Source: Chlamydiota bacterium
GTDB lineage: Bacteria; Chlamydiota; Chlamydiia; Chlamydiales; RGXB01
Direction: 5' to 3'
NCBI GenBank assembly: GCA_947494155.1
Contig: CANLTW010000001.1
Location: forward strand, 151,971 to 215,970
DNA: 64,000 nt
Positions 54,968 through 64,000 of the stretch are shown one piece after another (the first letter of the stretch is position 1; each line of letters begins with the position of its first letter). The translations under genes were made by a program, and so were the position numbers. The notes beneath the pieces were generated by a model, which saw nothing but the letters and a program-made list of their open reading frames with translations, was not told the DNA's origin and ran no database searches.

Positions 54968-56362
54968 TTATCCCCTTTTACCTATTCCGATGTAGAAAAA
55001 TCCCGCTTGTTCTATCTCTTTGCGATCAAGGATATTTCTGGTATCAAAGACAACCGAAGCCTTAGACACCTCTTTTACCTTTTTCCAGTCGATTTGGGTA
55101 AAAAGGCTCCAGGGGGTAGCAATTACAATAGCGTCGCACTCTCTAAAAACTTCATATAGGGTGGATGCAATAGCTAGATTGGGAAAAAACTTAAGGGCAT
55201 TTGTTGAGGCTATAGGATCAAAACTGGTTACAAAAGCTTTTTTCTCATGGAGTTTCTCGATCATCTTTAAAGAGGGAGATTCTCTAACGTCATCGGTTAA
55301 CTCTTTAAAAGCAAGACCTAGTAGAGCGATTTTTTTACCCTCAAGAGAGCCTAGGGCACTTTCGAGCCGCAAAAGAATTTTGTCGCAACGGCGGTTGTTG
55401 GAACCCACTGCCGCCTCAATGATACTTAGATCCACACCATTTTTCTGGGCAGTTTTTAGAAATGCTAGTGTGTCCTTTGGAAAGCACGATCCACCATAGC
55501 CAGGACCAGGTTTAAGAAAACTCTGCCCTATTCTTTTATCTAATCCTATCCCTAAAGCTACCTCCTCCACATCGGCCCCTATTTCTTCACAGAAATTTGC
55601 AATCTCATTTATGAAGGAAATTTTTACCGCTAAAAAAGAGTTAGAGGCATATTTGATCATTTCTGCAGAGGCTATGGAGGTGGTGCAAATTTTGGCTCCA
55701 TCGTCCAAAATTGGTTGGACGATTTCGGTAAAAAGTTGTGAGGTTTGTGGATCCTCAGCTCCAATCACCACACGATCGGGGTGCATAAAATCGTGCACCG
55801 AGGAGCCCTCACGTAGAAATTCAGGGGCATAACCAATAGAAAATGGGGTCTTTGCTGTGTTGTGTTCCCCAATCACCTCTTTTATTTTTAGCACTGTACC
55901 CATCGGGACAGTGCTTTTTACAAAAACGGTCTTAAAAGTACGAAGATTTTCCCCTATCATCTTTGCTACAGCAAACACATATTCAAGGTTAGCTTCCCCG
56001 CTCAAAGTTTCGGGAGTTCCCACAGTAATAAAAATGACGTTGCTTTCGCGAACGGCATTTTCTAAAGAGGTGGTAAAAAAAAGGCGATTCTGGGCGAAAT
56101 TTTTCTTCACAAGCTCTTCTAGCCCTATTTCATAAATAGGGATTTGACCCTGTTGCAAAGAGGAAATTTTTTGGAAATCTACATCACAGCAGGTCACCTT
56201 GTGCCCAATTTCTGCAAGACAAGTCCCCAAAACCAAACCCACGTATCCCGTCCCAACCACGGTGATTTCTTGAGGGTTTTTTACCGAGTTCAAAGCATAG
56301 ATAGAGGGTTTTAAACAGAAGAAACTTATAAAAAAAAGAATCCTTAGCGAAAAGAGACCCAT
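54968..56362 (-). CDS. ugd: UDP-glucose 6-dehydrogenase with an N-terminal signal-peptide-like extension
   Basis: VVGTGYVGL, VGTP, KSTVP, PEFLREG, EMIKYASN, GYGGSCFPKD, DDVRESP; GAGG SD before ATG 56362. Confidence 0.92.
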   Translation of the reverse strand: MGLFSLRILFFISFFCLKPSIYALNSVKNPQEITVVGTGYVGLVLGTCLAEIGHKVTCCDVDFQKISSLQQGQIPIYEIGLEELVKKNFAQNRLFFTTSLENAVRESNVIFITVGTPETLSGEANLEYVFAVAKMIGENLRTFKTVFVKSTVPMGTVLKIKEVIGEHNTAKTPFSIGYAPEFLREGSSVHDFMHPDRVVIGAEDPQTSQLFTEIVQPILDDGAKICTTSIASAEMIKYASNSFLAVKISFINEIANFCEEIGADVEEVALGIGLDKRIGQSFLKPGPGYGGSCFPKDTLAFLKTAQKNGVDLSIIEAAVGSNNRRCDKILLRLESALGSLEGKKIALLGLAFKELTDDVRESPSLKMIEKLHEKKAFVTSFDPIASTNALKFFPNLAIASTLYEVFRECDAIVIATPWSLFTQIDWKKVKEVSKASVVFDTRNILDRKEIEQAGFFYIGIGKRG

Positions 56363-56448
56363 AAAAAAACCCTCGAAGAAACAGAAATTGAATGTTAATA
56401 TTCAATAATGTTAATTTTTAAACTATTTAGCAATCTTTTGTTTTAAAT

Positions 56449-57252
56449 TTGAATTTGTTTTATGCGATTTTTTTAGGTATTTTCTTAAGTTCTCTTTTTC
56501 CTTTAGAGGCACAACAGCAGGACAAAAGAAAAGCGCTAATCCTAGTAATTTCTAGCGATAATGAGAAAGTTTATCGCTCCCATAAAACCTCCTGGAGAAG
56601 GTATATGCATGCTTTTTCGGAGGATTTTGAAAGCTACTTTATAGAATTTAATCCCCAGTTAACTACCTCTTACAAAGTAGAAGGGGATGTTTTGCAAATA
56701 CAAGGGGAGGAGTCCTATATACCAGGAATATTTGATAAAACACTCCTTGCGTTGAAATATTTTGAAGATCGTTTTGATGCATTTGACTTTGTGATACGGC
56801 CCAATCTTTCGAGTTTTCTCGTTCTTAGCAGGTTGAAAAACTATTTATCAAAACAAAAAAAAGAGAATTTTTATGCAGGACACCCTCTTTTTTACCAAGA
56901 TTATGAGGCGATCAGAGGAAACCACCTCCTCTATGCCAGTGGTGCTTGCCCTATATTTTCCATCGATATGGCAAAGCACTTGATCAAAACAGGAGAAAAC
57001 TTGATGGGCAAGCCCTACGGGGTGTACTACGCAGATGACCTACTTCTGGGCAAAGTTTGTAAAGAAAAGGGTGTGGGGTTAACACCATTCTATAGTTTTT
57101 ATTTCGAACGATTTGTTTCCCCCTATAAGGTTCTGGGCTCTATTTCTCAAGAGACATTCCATTTTCGCATCAAGCTCAATCAGGAGACAAGACACATTTT
57201 TGAAAGGACAATCCATAGAGAGCTCTATGAAATTTTTTATTACCAATCTTAA
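56449..57252 (+). CDS. Exported GT31/Fringe-like glycosyltransferase, paralog 1
   Basis: Signal ending PLEA; LILVISS, ESYIPGIFDKT, FDFVIRPNLSSF, YASGA, ADDLLLG. Confidence 0.6.
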   Translation: MNLFYAIFLGIFLSSLFPLEAQQQDKRKALILVISSDNEKVYRSHKTSWRRYMHAFSEDFESYFIEFNPQLTTSYKVEGDVLQIQGEESYIPGIFDKTLLALKYFEDRFDAFDFVIRPNLSSFLVLSRLKNYLSKQKKENFYAGHPLFYQDYEAIRGNHLLYASGACPIFSIDMAKHLIKTGENLMGKPYGVYYADDLLLGKVCKEKGVGLTPFYSFYFERFVSPYKVLGSISQETFHFRIKLNQETRHIFERTIHRELYEIFYYQS

Positions 57253-58018
57253 GCTGTTTTTTTGGATCTTATGCGTCACTAGTGAGGGAAATGCCGTTTC
57301 AAAGACAAAGAAGGGGCTAGTTCTCCTCTTTTGTTCGGAAGATACACACAGAGATCGAATACATAAAAAAATTTGGCAAAAGTCCTTGGAGGAGCATAAA
57401 GAGGATTTTGAGATCTACTATGTTCATCGCAAGTGCGATCTTACAGCTATCTACGCCATCGAGGAAGAGAGCCTATTTCTTAAGAGACCTAAAGAGGCTT
57501 TATGGCAGACGAGTTGGGGATGGATCGAATCCCTACATATTTTGCAAAATAGGTTAGAGGCTTTTGATTATGTTATTCAGGCAGATATCCGCTCTTTTCT
57601 AGTGATGCCAAAGCTGAAAAATATCCTTGAAAAATACGACGATCCCACACTGTATTTGGGAAACGTTCTCCACTATGAAAACGGGAGATGCAATGGGGAT
57701 TTTGTGGACCACTCTTTTTGTCTTTTAGGAAAACAGTCGGCAAAATTTCTTGCAAACTCGCCCTCATTTGTTGAGGCTTTAAGAACAAATAAATATCTGG
57801 ACGAGGAGATATTGGTCGGCGCAATACTAAGAAAAAAAGGGATTACCCCGGTCCATATCCCCTCTTTTCCATTGAATCGATTTGTACGACCCTACAAAAT
57901 CAAAGACAGGGTAGAGAGTGCAACTTTTGTATTTCCAGTAGATTTAAAGCAATCGACAAAAAGTTACTATTATAAGGAACAGATTCTTTTAGAAGAGCTT
58001 TTTGAAATTTTTACCTAA
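57227..58018 (+). CDS. Exported GT31/Fringe-like glycosyltransferase, paralog 2
   Basis: Signal ending EGNA; aligns by eye to paralog 1 (FDYVIQADIRSFLV, DEEILVG, RFVRPYK). Confidence 0.55.
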   Translation: MKFFITNLKLFFWILCVTSEGNAVSKTKKGLVLLFCSEDTHRDRIHKKIWQKSLEEHKEDFEIYYVHRKCDLTAIYAIEEESLFLKRPKEALWQTSWGWIESLHILQNRLEAFDYVIQADIRSFLVMPKLKNILEKYDDPTLYLGNVLHYENGRCNGDFVDHSFCLLGKQSAKFLANSPSFVEALRTNKYLDEEILVGAILRKKGITPVHIPSFPLNRFVRPYKIKDRVESATFVFPVDLKQSTKSYYYKEQILLEELFEIFT

Positions 58019-58055
58019 GGGGTTTTTCATCTATCGATCTTTAAAAAATCTCATC

Positions 58056-59951
58056 TCAAAAGTACGCTCTAGGCTTAGCTAATACCTGAAGATGCTCTAA
58101 AGGGAGCTCTTCAAGAAAGCGACTTTTTTTCATGGGTCTGGAGGTTCCCCAAAGAAAACGGAAGGCGGTGCTTGTGAGAGTCAACCTTCGTTCAGCCCGC
58201 GTCATCCCTACATAAAAAAGCCTTCGCTCCTCTTCAAGATCGGGTAATTCCATTTTAGAATTGATATGTGGCAGGATATCCTCCTCAACGCCCGGAATAA
58301 AACAGGTGTGAAATTCCAGCCCTTTGGAGTTATGAAGAGTCATTAAAAAGATCTTAGGGTCCATGGAGTGGGCTTCATCAAATTTTTGCTTTAAAGAGAG
58401 CTCCTCCAAAAAATCGATTAGGCTTAAATCCGAATTTTCTTTCTCCCACTCGATAGCTTTGGCGATTAAAGCCTCGACGTTTTCTTTACGGTCTTGATAG
58501 GTCTCTTTGTCCTCTTTGAGGAACTCCAAATAGCCGGTATCGTGCAGGATTTTTGTTATTTTTTGAGAGATGGAGGGGATTGTATGCACTGATTGTAAAA
58601 GAAAATAGAACTTGTCCAGCTCCTGTTTTTGTTTAGCCGAAAGGGGGAGATTCTGGCTATTTTGCAATAGATCAATCAGGGTCGTTAAAGTCTGCTGCTG
58701 CATCTCTTTAATTTTTTCCAAAGCTGCATTTCCTATTCCTCTTTTGGGGACATTGATTACCCTTTGAAAAGCTACAAAGTCATTTTTGGATACGGTGAGC
58801 CTAAGATAAGCTAAAAGATCTTTGATCTCTTTTCTTTCATAAAAGGATAAACCTCCAACAATCGTATAAGGGATGCGTAGACGTAAAAGAGCATCTTCAA
58901 GGCTGCGCGACTGAGCATTTGTGCGATACAAAAGGGCGATGCTACCCGGGTCTTGCCCTTGATCGATGAGGGCATCTACCTCTCTAGCGATATACTGCGC
59001 CTCCTCCCTTTCATCAAAAAAAGAGCGCACCTGGATTTTTTCCCCATCTCCCACAGCGCTCCAAAGATTTTTTTCATAACGCCCTTTATTGTGGGCAATC
59101 AGAGCATTAGCCGCTTTAAGAATATGACCGGTAGAGCGGTAGTTTTGTTCCAGCTTGATCACTTTAGCGTTGGGAAAATCCTCTTCAAAGCCTAAAATGT
59201 TTTGGATGCTTGCCCCTCTCCAGGAGTAGATCGATTGGTCCGGGTCTCCAACTACAAAAAGGTTAGAGTGCTTATCCACTAGAAGTTTTGTTAGTGAGTA
59301 TTGGGCATGATTGGTATCTTGGTACTCATCAATCAGAATGTATTTAAATCGATTTTGAATCTCCTCCTTGAGACTCGTCTTATCTCTTAAAAGAAAAACA
59401 GGTAGCAATAAAAGATCATCAAAATCCACGGCGCTACACTCTTTCAAACGATTTTGATACTGAGAGTAGACTTGGTAAAAGTGGTCCTTTCCCCGTTGAT
59501 GCTGAAAATCGAGCGGTAGTAAAAGGGCGTTTTTTGCATCTGAGATCGCTTGGCGCATGTCTTTGAGATGCCCCTTTTCGGGCTTCATATCCAATTCTTT
59601 GAAGCACTCCTTTAATAAGGAGTTCGTATCGTCCTCGTCGTAAATGGAAAAACTTGAGGGGAACCCCAGATGCTCAATGGATTCTCTTAAAAACCGCGCA
59701 CCAAAGGAGTGGAATGTTGTGATTAAAGGGGGTCTTGAGGAGATAGCTAAAATTCTTTGACGCATCTCTTCAGCCGCTTTGTTTGTAAAGGTAACTGCGA
59801 GGATCTCACTAGAGGTAACTCCAGATTGCAAAAGGGCGATGATACGCTCAATAACCACTCGTGTTTTTCCTGAGCCTGCTCCTGCAAGAACAAGAAGGGG
59901 CCCCTCTCTGTGGGAAATCGCAATTTTTTGCTGTGGATTTAGCTCGGGCAT
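58056..59951 (-). CDS. uvrD: ATP-dependent DNA helicase UvrD/PcrA
   Basis: LNPQQ, AGAGSGKT, DEYQDTN, GDPDQSIYSWRGA, QNYRS, TLHNSKGLEF, EERRLFYVGMTRA. Confidence 0.95.
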   Translation of the reverse strand: MPELNPQQKIAISHREGPLLVLAGAGSGKTRVVIERIIALLQSGVTSSEILAVTFTNKAAEEMRQRILAISSRPPLITTFHSFGARFLRESIEHLGFPSSFSIYDEDDTNSLLKECFKELDMKPEKGHLKDMRQAISDAKNALLLPLDFQHQRGKDHFYQVYSQYQNRLKECSAVDFDDLLLLPVFLLRDKTSLKEEIQNRFKYILIDEYQDTNHAQYSLTKLLVDKHSNLFVVGDPDQSIYSWRGASIQNILGFEEDFPNAKVIKLEQNYRSTGHILKAANALIAHNKGRYEKNLWSAVGDGEKIQVRSFFDEREEAQYIAREVDALIDQGQDPGSIALLYRTNAQSRSLEDALLRLRIPYTIVGGLSFYERKEIKDLLAYLRLTVSKNDFVAFQRVINVPKRGIGNAALEKIKEMQQQTLTTLIDLLQNSQNLPLSAKQKQELDKFYFLLQSVHTIPSISQKITKILHDTGYLEFLKEDKETYQDRKENVEALIAKAIEWEKENSDLSLIDFLEELSLKQKFDEAHSMDPKIFLMTLHNSKGLEFHTCFIPGVEEDILPHINSKMELPDLEEERRLFYVGMTRAERRLTLTSTAFRFLWGTSRPMKKSRFLEELPLEHLQVLAKPRAYF

Positions 59952-60286
59952 ATGTGTAAAGAATTCTAGCATAGCCTTAAGAAGTTTGAAAGCCAAACAT
60001 GTGAAAATAGGGCTTGGCCACACAACGGCTGGTTTGTTCCCTTAAAATTCTTTCACATCCAAAGGTATTCAGAGCGACAAAACTTAAGACTAAATTCTTT
60101 TGGTCAAAAAACAGACCTGAATTCTCTTCTTGCACAACAGCTCTTTTTTGATTTTTCTCTAAAACGAAAAAAGGTTGTTTAGAAAAACTATTTAAGGGTC
60201 AAAAGGAATTTTTTTTGAAAATGATTTACCCAGAAACCCCCTTTTCCTTAGTATGGTACCCATTAGTAAAAAAAAATCGGTGTTGA

Positions 60287-61540
60287 GTGAAATTATTTAG
60301 GGTTTACAGCCTCTTTTTCTTTTTTTCCTTTACCCTATTGATGGCAAAAGTCGAAGTCGGGCTTGATCGGGTTTTTCTAGGGGGTGCCCACTCCTCGATT
60401 CAAGGAAAGCGCATCGGTCTTTTAACCAATCACACCGCAGTAGACAGGAACGGCGTTACCGCCATTGATCGGTTCCTTGCAAGAAAAGATTGTAAACTTG
60501 TGGCGTTATTTGCTCCAGAACATGGACTCTACGGTCAACAGCACGCTAGTGAGAAAATCAAGGATTCCAAGAAAGGGGAGGTCCCGATCCACAGTCTTTA
60601 TGGCGCTAATAGAAGACCCACAGATGCTCAGCTTAAAGGGATTGATGTTGTCGTCATAGACATTCAGGATATCGGAGTTCGCTCCTATACCTATGCCTCC
60701 TCGCTATTTTACATGATGGAAGAGGCGGTTAAAAGGAACATTGAGGTTGTGGTTCTCGATCGGCCAAATCCGATTAATGGGCTGACGGTCGATGGCCCGA
60801 TGTTGCACCCTAAGTGGCGCTCTTTTATCGGATATATCAACGTCCCCTATATTCACGGTATGACCCTGGGTGAGCTTGCAGAATTTTTTAATGCCGAGTA
60901 TAAGGTGGCGGCAAAATTGACAGTGATTCCCATGAGGGGATGGAAAAGAGGGATGGATTTTAAGGAGACGGGGATGCAATGGATTCCCACCAGCCCAAAT
61001 ATTCCGGAGTCGGATACCCCTCTATTTTATGCAACAACCGGCCTTTTAGGAGAGCTTCGTCTATGTAACATCGGGGTAGGATACACCCTCCCATTCAAGC
61101 TTATAGGGGCCCCATGGATGAATGCAGAGCAGTTGTCGAGGCACTTAAATAGTCAAGGGCTTAGCGGGGTGAGATTTACCCCGCTTTATTTCAAGCCCTT
61201 CTCTGGTTCCATGGCCCAGCTCGATTGCCAAGGGGTCTTGATACAGGTAATAGATAAAAAAACTTACAAGCCTTTTGCTGTGCAAGGGGTGCTGATAGGT
61301 GCCATAAAATCGCTTTATCCTCAAAAATTCAAAGAGGTGATGTCGCATATAGGAAAATCAGAAAAAGATCTTTTCTGTAAGGCGGTCGGTTCCGAAGAGC
61401 CTTTGCAATTCCTTAAGGAAGAGAAGCTTGTGGGCTGGCAAATAGCAGAATTTCAGCGTGCCGAACGGGAGCTGTTTTTGGAAAAAAGAAAAAATTATTT
61501 GCGTCCCGAATACGCAGAAGACTATAGACCAAATTTATGA
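60287..61540 (+). CDS. DUF1343/NamZ (YbbC)-family exo-beta-N-acetylmuramidase-like protein
   Basis: Signal peptide; GLLTNHT, FAPEHG, SLYG, DIQDIGVRSYTY, LDRPNP, WIPTSPNIP. Confidence 0.88.
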   Translation: MKLFRVYSLFFFFSFTLLMAKVEVGLDRVFLGGAHSSIQGKRIGLLTNHTAVDRNGVTAIDRFLARKDCKLVALFAPEHGLYGQQHASEKIKDSKKGEVPIHSLYGANRRPTDAQLKGIDVVVIDIQDIGVRSYTYASSLFYMMEEAVKRNIEVVVLDRPNPINGLTVDGPMLHPKWRSFIGYINVPYIHGMTLGELAEFFNAEYKVAAKLTVIPMRGWKRGMDFKETGMQWIPTSPNIPESDTPLFYATTGLLGELRLCNIGVGYTLPFKLIGAPWMNAEQLSRHLNSQGLSGVRFTPLYFKPFSGSMAQLDCQGVLIQVIDKKTYKPFAVQGVLIGAIKSLYPQKFKEVMSHIGKSEKDLFCKAVGSEEPLQFLKEEKLVGWQIAEFQRAERELFLEKRKNYLRPEYAEDYRPNL

Positions 61541-63966
61541 AGAAAACTCTAATCATTGTAGAATCCCCCACTAAAGTCAAAACTCTTGAAAAGTTTCTCG
61601 GGAAAGAATTCGTAGTGGATTCCTCTGTCGGGCACATTATCGATTTGCCCCAGAAGGGATTAAATATTGATGTTGAGAACGATTTTGAACCCAACTACGT
61701 CCCTTTGCCGGCCAAAAAAGAGGTAATTGAAAGGCTGAAGAGAGAGGCCAAAAAAGTCGAACAGGTCCTTTTAGCCACCGACCCTGACCGGGAAGGAGAG
61801 GCTATCGCCTGGCATATTGCCTCAATTCTACCCAAGGTTCCCTACAAAAGAGTCACTTTCAATGAAATTACAAAAGGGGCTGTGCTTGAGGCTCTCAAGC
61901 ACCCTAGAAAAATTAATGACGACTTAGTGAGTGCGCAACAGGCTCGACGCATTTTGGATCGGCTTGTGGGGTATAAAATCTCTCCTATTTTGATTCGAAA
62001 GGTGAAGGGGGCTAAAAGTCTATCAGCCGGGAGGGTGCAATCGGTTGCTCTTAAACTTATTGTCGAAAGAGAGGAGGCGATCGAAGCCTTCAAGCCCGAG
62101 GAATACTGGAATTTAGGCGCTATTTTTGAGGGAAAAAAAGAGTTTAAGGCTTTTTTATTTACCATCGATAAAAAAAAGGTGGAAAGATCCATCACTAATG
62201 AAACTGATGCCACTAAAATAGAAAAAGATCTCTCAAGCTGTAAATACCATGTTGCTAAAGTAGACAGAAAAGAGCGTCATCGCAACCCCTCTCCGCCCTT
62301 TACCACATCGACTTTACAGCAAGAGGCTTCTCGGCACTACGGTTTTTCCTCCACCCGAACCATGCAAGTAGCCCAAGCTCTGTATGAAGGGGTCGACTGT
62401 GGAAAAGAGGGGGCGGTGGGTCTTATTACGTACATGAGAACCGATTCTCCCAGAAGCTCACCCGAGGCGATTAAAGAGGCCAGGGATTGGATCAAAAAGA
62501 AATATGGAGACGAGTTTCTCCCTAAAGTTGCCAACCAGTACCAGGGGAAGAGGGCAGCTCAAGATGCGCATGAGGGGATTCGCCCCACAAGCGTGGCGCG
62601 GCAACCGGAAGATATCAAGTCCTTTTTATCTATTGACGAGTACAAACTGTACCAGCTTATTTATAAAAGGTTTTTGGCATCACAAATGGAGCCAGCGGTT
62701 TACGACACAGTAACAGCGCACATAGAAACGGATAAGAAATATGAATTAAAGGCTACCGGTTCTATTATTAAATTTCCCGGCTATTTGACCCTTTATGAGG
62801 AGAAAGAGGACGAGGAGAAAGAGGAAGAACGCACTTTGCCACCTCTTGAAGAGGGGCAAAAACTCAAGCTTATTCAGGTAACAAAAGATCAAGCCTTCAC
62901 TAAACCTCTTCCCCGTTTTACTGAGGCCTCATTGGTAAAGGAGCTGGAAAAGCAGGGAATCGGGCGCCCTTCTACCTATGCTGCAATCATGAATAAAATC
63001 CAGTCTCGCGATTACACAACAAAAGAGAAAGCAACCCTGAGACCAACGGAGCTCGGACGGATCATTTCGCGTATGTTGAGCGATAATTTTACCCAAATCA
63101 TCGATGTGGGCTTCACCGCACACATGGAAGAGGACTTAGATGCAATAGCAGAGGGTAAGCTCGATTATAAACGGTTTTTGAAAGAGTTCTGGGATGTTTT
63201 CTTGCCGATCGTAGAGGTGGCCGAGAAAGAGGCTCACGTCCCCAAGGAGCTTACAGATAAAATCTGTCCCGAATGTGGAAAACAGCTCCAAAAAATTTGG
63301 GCAAGAAATAAGTACTTTTTAGGTTGCAGCGGTTATCCCGATTGTAAATATACCACGGCTCTGGAAGAGCTTGTGATCCACAAAGAGGAATACGACCCCT
63401 CTTTTAACTGGGATCAGGATTGCCCTAACTGTGGAAAAAAAATGTCCATCCGTAAAGGGCGATTTGGGATATTTTTGGGATGCAGTGGCTATCCCGATTG
63501 CAAAACAATCATCAATATCCCCAAAAAGGGTACTGAAGGGGTTGATACAGGGGCAAAATGTCCCGCGAAAGGGTGTAGCGGGAAACTCAAGCAGAGAGTT
63601 TCGCGTTATGGCAAACCATTCTTTTCCTGCTCTACTTACCCCGAGTGTGATGTGATAGGAAATTCCGTTGAGGAGATTCAAGAGAATTATAAAGACCATC
63701 CGCGCACGAAGGCGGCGCCCAAATCCTCAGGTGGGGCTAGGGGAAAGCAGAAGCTTTCCAAAGAGCTGCTTGCCCTGACAAAAGAGGATGGGCTGACTCG
63801 CGGAGAGGTTACAAAACGAATTTGGGCTTACATAAAAGACCACAATTTGCAGGATCCTCAAAATAAAAAAATGATTGTACCAGATAAAGTGTTAGAGCCG
63901 ATCCTCGGGAGCCAGCCTGTGCATATGCTTAAGCTTGCCTCCGCTCTGAGTCGCCACTTCAAATAA
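61537..63966 (+). CDS. topA: DNA topoisomerase I with zinc ribbons and a C-terminal SWIB domain
   Basis: IVESPTK, ATDPDREGE, SAGRVQS, ITYMRTDS, GIGRPSTY, three C4 ribbons, SWIB RGEVTKRIWAYIKDHNLQDP. Confidence 0.97.
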   Translation: MKKTLIIVESPTKVKTLEKFLGKEFVVDSSVGHIIDLPQKGLNIDVENDFEPNYVPLPAKKEVIERLKREAKKVEQVLLATDPDREGEAIAWHIASILPKVPYKRVTFNEITKGAVLEALKHPRKINDDLVSAQQARRILDRLVGYKISPILIRKVKGAKSLSAGRVQSVALKLIVEREEAIEAFKPEEYWNLGAIFEGKKEFKAFLFTIDKKKVERSITNETDATKIEKDLSSCKYHVAKVDRKERHRNPSPPFTTSTLQQEASRHYGFSSTRTMQVAQALYEGVDCGKEGAVGLITYMRTDSPRSSPEAIKEARDWIKKKYGDEFLPKVANQYQGKRAAQDAHEGIRPTSVARQPEDIKSFLSIDEYKLYQLIYKRFLASQMEPAVYDTVTAHIETDKKYELKATGSIIKFPGYLTLYEEKEDEEKEEERTLPPLEEGQKLKLIQVTKDQAFTKPLPRFTEASLVKELEKQGIGRPSTYAAIMNKIQSRDYTTKEKATLRPTELGRIISRMLSDNFTQIIDVGFTAHMEEDLDAIAEGKLDYKRFLKEFWDVFLPIVEVAEKEAHVPKELTDKICPECGKQLQKIWARNKYFLGCSGYPDCKYTTALEELVIHKEEYDPSFNWDQDCPNCGKKMSIRKGRFGIFLGCSGYPDCKTIINIPKKGTEGVDTGAKCPAKGCSGKLKQRVSRYGKPFFSCSTYPECDVIGNSVEEIQENYKDHPRTKAAPKSSGGARGKQKLSKELLALTKEDGLTRGEVTKRIWAYIKDHNLQDPQNKKMIVPDKVLEPILGSQPVHMLKLASALSRHFK

Positions 63967-64000
63967 ATTATTTTTTAAATCTTTATGATTGATGGGATAT

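Noticed and set aside
59952..60023. N-terminal extension of uvrD in the ORF track
   Set aside because: The family begins at LNPQQ, and an extended -10 (TGCTAGAAT) lies within the extension.
63700..63966. SWIB domain fused to TopA as a novelty
   Set aside because: A known hallmark of Chlamydiota; used here only as a taxonomic marker.

Overview
Origin-proximal 64 kb of a compact chromosome from the phylum Chlamydiota, most likely an environmental chlamydia. The assignment rests on the TopA-SWIB fusion, the ~720-aa GreA, the tandem-domain ThyX, thrS-parA-CT583-like synteny and the dusB-yggT-...-ygfA block. The backbone is housekeeping and DNA-repair genes: a miniaturised recBCD with a split recC, prfC, thrS, ung, recA, rdgB, uvrB, uvrD/pcrA and topA. 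A tRNA-Pro(GGG) is followed by a strong oriC candidate at ~15.7-15.95 kb, with phased DnaA-box arrays, an unwinding-type motif and an apparent GC-skew switch. Two accessory regions stand out. (1) At 19.4-33.2 kb is a tandem array of eight paralogous, Cys-containing MOMP-like outer-membrane beta-barrels, mostly monocistronic and interrupted by three exported glycosyltransferase-like genes. (2) At 49.3-58.0 kb is a glycan cluster in which nearly every enzyme, even UDP-glucose dehydrogenase, has an N-terminal signal or anchor; it also holds a DMT transporter. Together they suggest an extracytoplasmic, Golgi-like glycosylation system, which is an inference. No CRISPR, rRNA or mobile element was seen. 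Family assignments come from motif recognition, and C. trachomatis CT numbers are recalled from memory; neither was checked by database search.
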